DNA of 64,000 nucleotides from Squalus acanthias. Taxonomy: Eukaryota. A program made the position numbers and the translations under genes. Within the stretch, counting starts at the first letter, position 1, and the number at the start of each line of letters is the position of its first letter. A model generated the notes under the pieces. The model searched no databases, was not told the DNA's origin, and saw nothing but the letters and a program-made list of their open reading frames with translations. Shown here one piece after another: positions 50,230 through 62,119 of this stretch. The stretch lies in assembly GCA_030390025.1 (NCBI GenBank), contig CM059432.1, positions 100,070,001-100,134,000 on the forward strand, given 5' to 3'.

Positions 50230-50950
50230 AAAAGGATATCTTCAACAGAAGGTGCAAAATACAAGTGGAAAGACTCAGGCAAACCTCATAACCCCTTTTA
50301 AGACATTATCATGGAGATCATTGGCTGGTATACTACTCACAGCGTGTTTGACACACATGCTGGAGGAGAGGAATACTCTCCAGAATTGTGTAATAATAAT
50401 CACATGACTTCTCTGTACTATTATGTTTTAGCAGGTGCTTGTCCAATAACAGCATGCTTAGCTATGTATATTGTCTTGTCTGAACAGTCATGGAGTGGTA
50501 TCCATTTCTGTTGATAAACACCATAGGTTTTTACATGGTTTCGAGAATGGATGCATGGGTGTGGGTCAGTGGACCCGTTATCATGAGAATGCCAAATCTT
50601 TCGAAAACCTCATCAGCCTTTCCTCCTGCTGCTTCTCGGCAATAATTTCAATTTATTCATCAGCATGTTAGAAAAGGAAAGTCTGTGGCCAAGATAATAT
50701 TGTCAGTGAACCATAAGCTGTCTGATCCTTGCCAAGTTTCCTGGTGTTGTCTGAAAAACTTTAGAGACATTCTTACTTTCTTCTTCTTTCATATGATAGT
50801 TGCAAAAAAACAAATCAAATGTCAATATCTAAGTCAGATATCCAGGCCAAAGCTTCTGTTGTAACAGTGTGGATATCTGGTAGGCTGCCTGTGAATTTCC
50901 TCTGAGGTCCTCCATAAGGAATCCATTTGATATGCTGCAGTTCTTCCAAG
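50230..50950. pseudogene. Ancient Harbinger relic: ORF2 exon-2-like piece (+) and transposase piece (-)
   Basis: Minus-strand PMVFINRNGYHSMTVQ near 50480-50530. Plus-strand QANLITP...MEIIG after an acceptor at 50229. Confidence 0.55.
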
Positions 50951-52820
50951 CATTTTGCCATCAATCATCAAGGCTGAGGGGAGATTGCAGAAGGGCCTTG
51001 GCGATGGTCCAAAATGGCCTTCTAGATTTGAGATGGGTTGGTGGTAGGTTAGTCAAATCGGCCTGGATCGGCATGTCTTTGCTGGTGTAGCGGTTGTATT
51101 CTCTTACTTTTAACGGTAGTGACAGAACAGTACTGCTATTACTCTTTGTTTCTAGGAAACAGAACAATTCATCTATAATTTCTTGTTAGGTGGAGCCTCC
51201 TTACACATTGGTCCTTGGTGACATTGAGATACCTTTGCTGTCGGCGGTAGATGCACTGCTCAGGATAGTTGTGAATCCCTGTGGTTGTCCTCCTATGGCC
51301 ACGAATATCGCTGGTCTTTTTCTGTTGTTTCTCCTCAACCTTTTTCATTATGCTCAGCAAATGAAGGCTCACTGATGGACCCATACTATTGTGTAGACTG
51401 AAACAGTTGAGTCACTCCTTATAGCCTTATATTATCACCTTATTGTGGGCATCACTAATTTGCTGTAAGCTGGAAGGCAATGGCATTCAAATTTGGTAGC
51501 CTTTCACCCTTTCACCGCACCCCACCCCCCCACCCTTCCCAGGATCCGGCTATGGAAGCCGGTCGATTTTTCCGCTCTCCAACAACCAGTGAGCTGCAGC
51601 AGGGCACCCGCAGCTCACCAGCCACATGTGAATGAGGTCTGAACCTCAAAGTGACCACTCCTCACAGCAGTAACAAGGTGCAGGCGGCGGGCACGCTCAA
51701 TAAGCTGCCCGCACATTGTGCGCCTCTTGTTAAATTCACCTCTATTGCCAATATAAGATAACCACATTGTACTGAATGTATACAGATCACAAGGAAATCA
51801 CGTTAACTTAAGATTTGTTGACTTTGACATACTCCAAAGCTAACTCCATCTATACACCACTGATAAACTAATCAAAATTATTAATAAAACAAAAATGTTA
51901 TTTTCATTTATGAGAAGAAAAAAGCAATTTTCTGTTTTCTCTTTAATATACTTTCACAGAACATATATTCAATCTGATACAATCTGAGTTATATTCAAAT
52001 CTTTTTTTAATTAATCAATCTTAATGGACAAGAGGATTTATTTTCCTTAGTTACATATGTGTTTTTACTTTGGAAACTATACAGTAGAACAACAAGGCCA
52101 TTGGTATTTGTGCTGTCTGGAAGCCATGGGCGTATCCTTATTAACAAGTCCAGTTTGCTTCAGAATTGTATTTCGTGTCATCTTGCATTAGCAGAGGATT
52201 CAGTATGCAGAATCTGAATTGGTGCAGATATTCCTCCCTTCACAGCTAGGTGAAGCTGTTATTCAACAGATCCTGAGAATGCATTTGCTACCCAACAGTT
52301 CAGGTCAGAGGTAGGGCTTAATTCTATTTTTACAGTGTGCCATTTGTATAAATGCGATTTATTTCTTGGATTTGTTTTAAGGTGCACAGTTGTATCCATT
52401 GAATTGGTATACATGGCAACAACACCTTAATGTACCAGACAATTGTCTGCATCATATTAATAAGTCAAAAATGCAAGTACGTTAAATGATGCATCCAGCA
52501 CAATTAGTAAGCAGGGGGGCCTCTGTGGCTTCACATTGTATTAAAATAGCTTGCCCCTACTTGGAATTCGTGCATTTCCAAAAAAAATGATTTAATTGTC
52601 TCGAGCTTCAGCTGGAAGAGATCATGAAGAATAAAAAAGCTTTATTTGGTTCTTCCACTAAGTGGCTCCATTTTTATTTGTCTCTATGTATATGACAAAG
52701 ATTTCCTGAAAATGAAAACATGAATTCACATTTGATGGCCAAGACATCTAGAAGTGGTGGAATATAAAAATCTTAATTAACCTGCGTTAAGCATAGATTT
52801 GTGAGAACCAAAAAGACATT

Positions 52821-53434
52821 GGGGTTAATTTTGACTTTGGATGATAGTATAAAACAGACGCTATCAATTCAGCTGCCTGTTACATGTCTCTCCCGATTTT
52901 CATTTGCATTGAAGACCTGGATTGTTGAGTCTCTGCCCTTTTAACGCTGACCTGGGAGCCCCAGGGCTTACCTGTGAGAATCAAGCCTGGCCTGCCCCTG
53001 CAGAAGACACAGTCAGATGGAACCATGCTAATGAAGTAGAATGGGACATTCCAGGCTTCCTGCCTCTTTTTCCTGTGGAAATACATACTGGGCATTCAAG
53101 CACAGGGGCGCCCAGAAAAGTCTGGTACTGCGTCCTGCTCCTGAAACCCCACCAACCAGAAGTCTGAACATTGGGCTAAGTCTTTATATTTTGACCTCTG
53201 TCCAAGAGACTTAAGCTACAGTCGAGACCTTGCTCCATCAACAGCCTGAATTTCTTGATAACCCGGGGAAGACACGCAGCTAGAGACCTGCAGCTGTTTC
53301 TGGATTTCCTGTCCCTATTGCTGGTGTGAGGCTTGCACCAGGGCTGTGCCTGAGCCATTTAAATGGCCTGGAACAGGAAATCGATTGTTATATTCTTCGC
53401 ACCAGGATGGAGGGAGCTCAAGAAAATCAACCCG
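52821..53434. mobile_element. Harbinger-type MITE
   Basis: TIRs GGGGTTAATTTT and (rc) CGGGTTGATTTT. Flanks ATT/AAT. Confidence 0.6.
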
Positions 53435-53492
53435 AATACTACACATGACCTAATAGGTTTTTTATCTTTCATGAACTTCTCAAAGTTCAAAG

Positions 53493-55480
53493 CATAAGGA
53501 CATAAGAAAGCATGGAACAAGAAAATGCCAGTTGGCCCAGTTAGCCTGTTCTTTCCTCAGAAGATGACAAAATGACAATTGACATAGAATTACATTTTTG
53601 TTTGAGAATCTGATCCATATCAAGCAATACTTAGTGGGAAAAAATATGTATCTGAACTCTAATCCTGCTTGAAGTTTGTTAAATTTGTACTGATGTCCTC
53701 TAGTTTTTTTGCTCTCAAGTGTTAAATAGACTGCTTACATCTACATCAGTTATACGTCTCAACATTTTAAAGACATGGATCATGCAGCCCATCTACATTT
53801 ACATTTTGGCAATAAAAAGGAGTACAGTTGTATTACTCTTTCTTCATACCTTAGAGTCCTAAATCCCTAAATCATCCTTGTTAATATTTTTGAACCCATT
53901 TGCAATGTATCAATGTCCTTTTGAAGACTAGGGGCTGGATTTTCAATGACCCGTGGCGTCGGGTTTGGAGGCTGGGGGGGGGGGGGTTAAAGTTGCAGAT
54001 TCGGGGGTCCCGACCCCATCCCGACTCCAACCCGCCTCCATGCCAGTTTCTCTGGCGGCGGGTACCCGACCTGTTCTGAGACCCGACTCCCCGAGGCGGG
54101 AAGGGATTAGTGACAATTAACTGCCTGTTAACAGGTAGTTAACAGGCAGTTTTTTGCATAATCCCTATTTTAAAAAGAAAAGTGTGGGCTTCCCGACAGG
54201 TGGCAACCACTCCAAGTAATCGGGTCGGGCTGTGGGTCTGCAGGGGTTGGAGGGGTCGATATGTCCGGTGGGCAGGTGAGTGATGGGTGCATGTGTGCAG
54301 AGGTAAGTGTATAAGGTAAGTGCTAAGTGTTGGAAAAAGTTTTACTTACCTTAACTTCCTCCTGCAAGTGTCAGCCCTTCAGTTCTCGAGAGTTAGAAAT
54401 CTCACCGGCACAGAAAGCAGGAAAGCCGTGGTTCTGTCACAACCTGCATCCTTCTGTTTTCTGAGCTGGAATGATTTCTAACTCAGCCTGAGAGGAAGGA
54501 CTGAAGTTAGAAATCATATTATGAGTGTTTGACAGCTTCACAGAGCTGTCAAATGCTGATATTTCATCTGTCAAAAGCTCTTGACAGATGAAATGTCAGT
54601 CTGTGATGTCACCTGTTGCCGGGTGGCCCTTAATTGGCCTGCTGAGCCCACTGGGCGGGCTCAACAAGGTCAATCAAGGGAAAATACAGTGGGTTGGCCA
54701 CATCTCGATGGAGGCGGGTTCACAAGCCAGAATGTGTGAATCCCGACCCCAGCCCGACTCCAACTTCAAAATCCAGCCCTAGATAACCAAATTTGCCCAC
54801 AATAATTCAAATATAACTGTGGCAATGAATTAGACAGAATTAAAATAGCCTATTAACCAATGGCCATTCATAATGCATTGTAGTATTTGGTTAACCGCGT
54901 TGATAACAGCTTTAAATTAAATAAATATATTCAGTAAGTGGAATGACAACTTTTTATTTCTTTTACAACTTTGCTAATGACCCTCTATGCATTATAATGG
55001 CCTTGATGAATGGCAGAGTGGACTAGAGCACTTGCTTTCCACACAGGAGATACACAGGTTCTAATCCGGTTGTCATTTTTCCAGATCCACTGATTATGTA
55101 CATGCTTAATCTTTCCTGTTCCAATGTACAATATCTTACAATTATCTACATTAACGTCCATCTGCCATTCATTGCTTCATTGGTCCAAATCCATTTGAAT
55201 GCAATAAATCTCCCTTACACTCAACACCTGGATGCATAGCTTAGTGTCATCTACAAATTTTAAAATATTACAAAGGTATTTTTCTGTGTACCATTTATGA
55301 ATAGCATAAATTGCAGGATGTCCAGAACAAACCCCTGTAGATTTCCACTAGTCATTAGATTCAGATAGAGCTTTAATCCATTTATCATCACCTTCTGTTT
55401 TCTATTGCCAATTCAGTTTTGAATCCAACTTGCTAATTAAGTGCTAATTATGTGACCTTTAAAAGTTTCACATTAGTCTA
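53493..55480 (-). mobile_element. Old CR1 split by a MITE
   Basis: CATAAG tail repeats near 53495 and antisense RT pieces (KFVDDTKL near 55250). Confidence 0.65.
53932..54779. mobile_element. Harbinger-type MITE
   Basis: Perfect 12-bp TIRs GGGCTGGATTTT and TSD TAG/TAG. Confidence 0.88.
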
Positions 55481-55519
55481 CTTGTTCTAATTTCCAGTGA
55501 CAGACAGAAGGAGGTGGAG

Positions 55520-55694
55520 TAACAACAGAAAGTGCTGGAAACACTCAGCAGGTCAGGCAGCATCGAAGAGAGGAGAAACAGAGTCAGCGTCGCCTCTGTT
55601 TCGCCTCTCTTCAAAGCTCTCTGACCTGCTGAGTGTTTCCAGCACTTTCTCCTGTTATTTCAGATTTCCAGCATCCGCAGTATTTTGCTATTGG
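55520..55694 (+). mobile_element. Penelope family A terminal unit in fold-back form
   Basis: Inverted arms at about 55520-55583 and 55594-55658, then a full 3' tail. TSD AGAAGGAGGTGGAG at 55506-55519 and 55695-55708. Confidence 0.85.
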
Positions 55695-56452
55695 AGAAGG
55701 AGGTGGAGGGAGGGGATGGGTAAAGAGAGGAATTTTGTTTTTCTTGTCTCTCTTTCCTCTGAATTGAACTCTGCTGAAGCTGAAAGCACACCTCCTTCAA
55801 AGACTCTGTAATTTGTATCGCCAGCCAGAATAAAGCAATACATGTCTCAATCATCTGCCTCATATTCACTCCCATAGCCTTTATGAAACAAGATCCACAG
55901 TTCACCCTGGGATGAATATGTGACACTTGCTTCCTACCACTGCTGAGGTACACAATAATGAATAACACCCACCCAGTTGAGATGGATTGGAGCAATTCAA
56001 CTGGAGACAGCCAACAATGATATAGGTATAGATACAGATTACATTCAGATGTGATGCTTTAGGTTAACGGTCTTCTTTGGGAAACATTGTAAATCTTACT
56101 TCTGTCCATTGTATTATTTGCTTTATATCACTGACATCCTTACAAATAAAAATGAAGTCCCCCAGACATTTCAGTATGAATCCTATATTTAGCATTTCTG
56201 CAGCTAGTCAAACAACGTTTTGTAGAGAGAAAGCTTTTTTCCAATGGATACAGATAACGTCTATGGAAACAGCTATGTACTTTCTCCTCTTCCACCAACA
56301 ATCTGCTCCTAAGTTCTAGTCCAACCATCTATATAACTAAAACTAGCACATGTATTAACCTTTCAAAAGCATCACATCTCAAAACTGGCACACTTCAGGG
56401 CATCAAACCTCACTTCCTCAGAGAACAAAAATGAGTGACATCCTAACAATAT

Positions 56453-56565
56453 AGCACTACCTCAATACTACACTGAAGTGTCAACCTAGAGTATCTGATC
56501 AAGTCCCTGAATTGGAGATTGAACCCAAAACCTTCCAGAGGTGAGCATGCTACAACTGGGCCAAG
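56453..56565 (-). mobile_element. SacSINE1-like head fragment
   Basis: Degenerate reverse complement of about 8135-8255. Confidence 0.6.
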
Positions 56566-57009
56566 TTGCTCATAAAAATCCAGAAAAATCAGGGCTAATG
56601 CAGGTAGACAAATTTATGGGCCAGTAAGAAAAAAAAACAGGGCCTCTGTTAAAACTTTCTTGGTTCCACAGCTAAATCAGCCCAATGCCTGGGCTGTCCT
56701 GTAACGCTGTCCCTCCGCCGTCAACTTGACCTATTCTGGAGACAGCCTCAGAGTCCTCGTAGCCTAAAGAACAGAGATTATCCCAACAAACTGTGAACAT
56801 GATGCTGTAATATGCAATTGCACTATTAATGCATACCAAAATGATTAGTTAAAACCTACCTCATAGTTTTACAGCACAAAAGGAGGCCATTTGGCCCACT
56901 TGCCTCTTCTGACTTTCTGAAAGAACTCTCCATTTGGTCCCATTTCCCCATACCTTTTTATTTTTCAAAGATCTATCCAATTCCTTTTTAATCTGATTGC
57001 GTCCTCTTG

Positions 57010-58400
57010 GCCACAATGCTGAAATAAAACTGCCACAAAGCAAACTTTCCAATCAAACCTTTTCCATATATGCATCCAACATTACATCAAAAAATCAACT
57101 CATCACCCTTGTGCATTCCCTTAGTGAGTGTCTTGCGTTGTCCTTTGCCTATCCTAGTGAAGTCACGCAGTGCTACCCCATTGGCTGCAGCATGGCTGGT
57201 GGAAGGCTGCTGACTTTCAGTGGGGGACACTGCAAATGGCCTTGTAGGATGACCTCGAGAAGCTGGTGGCTGGGATTGTGAAATCGAGTGATGATGTTTC
57301 TTCTTCTTAACTCTCCTCTCCCTCTTCTTGGTCAACCACTGGCTGGGCAAGCTGGATTTCTTGGGTGTCTAAACTGAGGAAGGCACAAGAATAGGGTTGT
57401 GGTGAGGGTAGGGCAGGAAAGCAAGAGTTGCAAGCTTACACCATGCGCAGCTTATACATCAGAAGATATTGTGGGATAAAGGGGAAGCAGGATGTGAGAA
57501 GGAGGATAACGTATGAGGATACCAGCATCTTGTATCCTTTCAGCCCCGCTGCTGGCCAAGGGCTCAGCCATGCCCCTGCCAAGAATGGCCAGCACCGTCT
57601 TCTTCAAGGGGGTGAGGTGAAGCTAGGAATGTGAGGTGTGCCTTGTGTTTGGTAGAGATTGTTGGTAGGGGAGGTCTTGTATTGAGCAGTGTGTGAGGCT
57701 AGTGGTGCTGTTGGTAGGAGATGGCTTTTGAAGATGCATTCACTGATCTTAACCACTGGTCTGAGGTCATGAAACTTCTTTGGGCACTGGAGCCAGGTCC
57801 TGGGGCGACACTGCTGGCAGTGACCACCTCGGCGATCTGGTCCCTTCTTTCTGGAGGGCCTCCTGGCCCCATGTGGGTTGAGGGCCTCCCTTCCACTGTT
57901 GACCCCCTGCACAAAGCTGGAGTGCTGCGTGCAAGACCCTGGGTGTCCTTTCCCTGTTGAGCCATTTGTGTTAGTGCTGAAGCACTTTTACCATTTTTTT
58001 TATGTGCAGAAGGCAGTTCAGCTTTAAGAGCTGAAGACTGCCTATTTTGGATTGATTTTTAATGTTTTTTGTTTCAGAAGGCAGTTGAGCTTTAGGGGCT
58101 AGAGACTTCCTATTTTTGAATTATTTTAATTATTTTTTCAGAAGGCAGTTCACCTTTAAGGGTTCGAGACAGCTTTCTAAAATGACAGCCTTGCTTTAAG
58201 AGAATGCAGCTTCACTCCAGGGATACTCCAGCAACGCAACATTGGGCCTCCTGCTGAGCGTACAGCCTGAAGCAGCTGTTCGTCACTGGGCTGTGCGCTA
58301 AAATCATTCAAATCAGCAGGCAGCATCAAAATAATGTGCTGCCTGCGATTTTTAAATGGGCGCAAGCAGATCTCGCCATGCGGTGCCACCTTTTTCATCC
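57010..58400 (-). mobile_element. Internally deleted Harbinger Myb/SANT ORF relic
   Basis: RTWLQCPKKFHDL (57604..57912). SRGHPTRPFAVSPTESQQPSTSHAAA matches the end of ORF2 in element A. Confidence 0.75.
58007..58175. repeat. Tandem repeat of about 65 bp, about 2.5 copies
   Basis: CAGAAGGCAGTT units start at 58007, 58075 and 58139. Confidence 0.85.
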
Positions 58401-59009
58401 TTTGTCTTTTTATAACTCTTCAGTCTATTCTTACTTTACAAATATTCTGTAAACAGTGGTGTATAATCCATTTTGCTGTCTCTCTTGATCACTGCTGATA
58501 TATGCTGCCACATTGTTGAAAAGGACCTAAGAATGGAGCCAATTGAAAGCACCAGATGTCCATTGTCAAAGGAAATTGATAAAGTCTGAAAATACATTAA
58601 TTTACACTGTACCATTATTAAGTTGGCATCAATATTGATTTGTCTGTGGAATAAAAACATTGCCTTTTGTTACAAAACAGCAGAGTATTCAAACACTCAA
58701 AAAAATCATTATTAAATTTTAGATGAAATATTTTTCAAGGTATGACAGAACTAAGCATTTGTGTCATTGATTCTTGAAACAAGTGTCAGCATCCAAGGTA
58801 AGCACTTCATTCAAAAAATAAATTTAAAGTCAAACAAATATTCAAGATTCTTTTTTCAAGTTTTCTTGTTTTATTTTATGATTTTCTGTGCTGAACTCTC
58901 CTTTCCTGAAAGGATTAACTGTATAGTTCCATACATAGCAGCAATGTTCTGGTATCTTGTTTAAACTTTCCTTCTCATGTGAACTTGGTCTGCAAGTATT
59001 GATAGGCCA

Positions 59010-59240
59010 TTAGATTGTGGGGGAGGGTTTGGGGTTTATCATTACAGCTAAGCTTAATCCTGTCCTCAATTGTCCACATAGCTCTAGCAGTGGTCACTAG
59101 ATAGGTGTCAGGAGTGAAAACCCGAGCTGATTCTCCCCTCCCTGGCCTCACAATGCTGAGGTCATTTGTAGTGCTCACAATAGCAACCAAGCTGAGATTG
59201 ACCATCTCACTGTAGACTACAAATTAAGCCTAGGATTTTC
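59010..59240 (-). mobile_element. Possible ancient tRNA-derived SINE
   Basis: Weak remembered resemblance to old vertebrate SINE bodies. Highly degenerate. Confidence 0.3.
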
Positions 59241-59334
59241 TTTATTTAGCTATTTAGTTAATGGTTAACATTCTTATTATAAATGTGTTTTTCTTATGCA
59301 AAAAAATTATAAGGAAACATTATATACTCTTAAA

Positions 59335-59381
59335 AAAGAATGTGCATTTATATAGCGCCTTTCACAACCTCAGGATGTCCT
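59335..59381 (-). mobile_element. SacSINE1/L2-type 3' tail fragment
   Basis: Reverse complement of GGACATCCTGAGGTTGTGAAAGGCGCTATATAAATGC. Confidence 0.7.
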
Positions 59382-60309
59382 ATATCACATAAATATATTC
59401 ATTTTTAAATGCTTTTAACTGACAATGTCTAAATTTTGAAATTATTTTCAGGAAAATGTTACTTTTTTCTACTCTACAACTTATGACCGACACTGTGTTT
59501 TGTTGGAAATACAAAAAAAACCTCGTAAAATCGTACCTCAGTTACTGGACAATCCTCTAGATGGATCCATACACCACATATTTTCCAGTGTTTGCATTTC
59601 CTTTAAGAAAAGAAAGCTTATGGGATGCCTTGGTGGGAATCAATGAGCCTAGTTTTGAACTGTTGGGCATACAGTCAACTAAAGGTATTATTCTGCAGAT
59701 ATTGGCCTCAGACTGTGCAATGCACAGTTAGTAACCCCAATTATATCAGCAGCTGCACTTTGTACTGAACTCAGCAACAAATGAGCTCTGCGCATAGATG
59801 CTCCAATTGCTGGGTGTCTAATTTTGAACATTATAGAAGTGCAAACATAAGTGTCGGTTCAACCTTACCATTAAAATTCTTCCACGTTAAATTTCCTGGG
59901 GTGACTGGCTGGGCACTTTTAAAGTGTGGCTTTATATTGGGCTAAAGCTGTGCTACACTCAGTCCAAAGGTCAAGCCGTTTCAGACTTCCTACTCGAGGT
60001 GCTCTCACAACAGTTTCAGTGCACTCAGAAGTCAGATTGCCAGATTTCCAAGTTGCACTGCCACTCTAATATTGCCGTTTATTCAAAAGTGCATTCCATC
60101 AATGTGAAAGCAATGTTAGGCTAATTTCAGTGTGAAGGACAAGTTAATGATGTTGTATATTTCACTTAAATTTAGCATTCAATGGAATATATTCAATTAT
60201 CACACAGCAGCAATCATCAATTAGACATCCACACAAGCATCAATTGAAGCCTTTGACCCTCGTAAGTCATCATGTTGTAATGCTGCTACTAGAACCAATC
60301 ATAAATTGG

Positions 60310-60550
60310 AATCTGTGCTCCATTTCATAGAGCAATAGGACGCCATACCCAGGAGTATTATTTGGACTGGCATCAAACCAATACAAGCAGCAGTACGGAG
60401 GCTTGGGAAAAGCTGGCAACACAGTTGAACACAGTCTTCAAGAATTAAAGAACGCGGCAAGGGTTCACAAAAAACTGCTCAGTGATGTGAGCAAAACTAT
60501 CTGGAAGATGGCATGCAACAACCATGTCAGGAGAGGCATCAAAGGAGAAT
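60310..60550 (+). pseudogene. Degenerate Myb/SANT-like (Harbinger ORF2-type) relic
   Basis: EAWEKLATQLN and KMACNNHVRRG in different frames. Confidence 0.5.
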
Positions 60551-60802
60551 CGCACTCCAGAGACTTGAGCACAAAATCTAGGCTGACACTCTGATGAAGT
60601 GCTGCGCTGTCTCAGATGAGACATTAAACTGAGTCCCCGTCTGCCCTCACAGGTGGATGTAAAAGATCCCATGGCGCTATTTCGAAGAAGAGCTGGGGAA
60701 TTTTCCCGGTTTCCTGGTCAATATTGACCCCTCAACTAATATCACTAACACAAATTATCTGAGAAGTCGCACAACACCAGGTCCAACAGTTTTATTTGAA
60801 AT

Positions 60803-60837
60803 TACGAGCTTTCGGAGCTCTGCTCCTTCTTCAGGTA
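60803..60837 (-). ncRNA. Minimal hammerhead motif (family B)
   Basis: UAC-CUGAAGA-A-GGAGC-AGA-GCUCC-GAAA-G-CU-C-GUA. Confidence 0.7.
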
Positions 60838-61189
60838 CAGTGAGGGAATATAAATCGATTACGCAGTATATATAGACAGAGAACAATGTGTCTGCAGAGA
60901 TACAATCCGACAGGGAGGCATTACATCAAAACACATCAGAGTACAGCTAAGACAATGAGGTGGGTCACAGGGGGTCCAACGTGTCAGATGCTACAGTCTG
61001 CAGTTAAGCTTTTAACTTTTTTTTTAAAACTGGGAAACCAGACAACAATGTCGAGTCACGTTCTGTAGCGTGACATGAACCCGAGATCCCGGTTGAGGCC
61101 GTCCTCATGGGTCCTGACGGATTGTATCTCTGCAGACACATTGTTCTCTGTCTATATATACTGTGTAATCGATTTATATTCCCTCACTG

Positions 61190-61224
61190 TACCTGAAGAA
61201 GGAGCAGAGCTCCGAAAGCTCGTA
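61190..61224 (+). ncRNA. Minimal hammerhead motif (family B), inverted twin
   Basis: The same core on the plus strand. Confidence 0.7.
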
Positions 61225-61586
61225 ATTTCAAATAAAACTGTTGGACTATAACTTGGTGTTGTGCGACTTCTCATTTTTGTCCACCCCAGTCCAACACCGG
61301 CATCTCCGCATCATGACAAATTATCTGGTCATTAATCTCATCGGTGTTTGTGGGACCTTACTGTGTGAAGTTGGCTGCCATGTTTCCTACATTACAACGG
61401 TGACTGTACTACAAAAGTACTTCATGGGCTGTAATGCACTTTGGGACATCCAGAGATTGTGAAAGGCGCTATACAAATGCAAGTTCTATCTAATTGCAGT
61501 CTCTGTCAATATTCTGCCATCCCAAACTGCAAAATCACTTACAGAATTAATCCCACTTTAAATTTTGCCAGTGTAAGCAGATTCAA

Positions 61587-62085
61587 TGGACCTGATATTT
61601 ACTGGGGTGGGTTGTGTGAGTGAGTTTTGGCAGAAGTCCAGGTTTCCCCACATGCTGTGCGTTTTTAACGTGTGAATCTTTTTTTCCAAGCAGGTTCTTT
61701 GCCCAGAAGCCAGCCTGATTGACAGGCTTGGTGGCAGGGAATGCTCCGGAGGAGGCCGCAGGCCAGGAGGAGATAGGGAGCCTGCAGCTGGGTTAGTGGT
61801 AGCGTGGAGGGGGGTCCAGATCTTGGAGGGCTGGTCGCCGATCCCGAAGGGGATCTGATCATGGGGGGGACGTGGGGTGGGTTGATGGTCAACGATCCAT
61901 GGGAGGATGGGGGGGAATCCAATCTCTGATCCCAAGGATGTCCGATCGCTGGGGGGGGTGGTCTTTGGATGTCGGGGTGGGGGGGGTCCAATGGTGGACA
62001 GGGAAGCAAGTAATCTTAGGGGACTGGGAGGAAGCACTCCTGCTGCTCCTTGCCGACAAGCAGTGGGGGGACCGTGTAGCAGGTC
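61587..62085. mobile_element. Left part of a Harbinger-type MITE
   Basis: Starts GGACCTGATATTTAC. Interior resembles 39107-39800 (CTGATTGACAGGCTTGG). Confidence 0.55.
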
Positions 62086-62119
62086 GCTATCCCGAACATT
62101 GCATCAGTGCGATCTGCAG

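Larger units (their letters stand above)
60762..61315. mobile_element. Penelope family B terminal structure with inverted arms of about 150 bp
   Basis: Arms at about 60761-60912 and 61113-61273. ORF end THEDGLNRDLGFMSRY on the minus strand. TSD ACAAATTATCTG at 60750-60761 and 61316-61327. Confidence 0.88.
60553..61487 (+). mobile_element. SacSINE1-like DeuSINE split by a Penelope insertion
   Basis: Colinear with about 8190-8585 on both sides of the insert. Confidence 0.85.

Noticed and set aside
50230..50326. Host exon after the acceptor at 50229
   Set aside because: Better explained as decayed Harbinger ORF2 exon 2.
52190..52310. Candidate exon RIQYAESELVQIFLPSQLGEAVIQQ
   Set aside because: Splice sites are mediocre and the peptide is unrecognised.
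59452..59646. Plus-strand open frame after the TTTTCAG acceptor
   Set aside because: No convincing donor, homopolymer runs, and it overlaps the minus-strand candidate.
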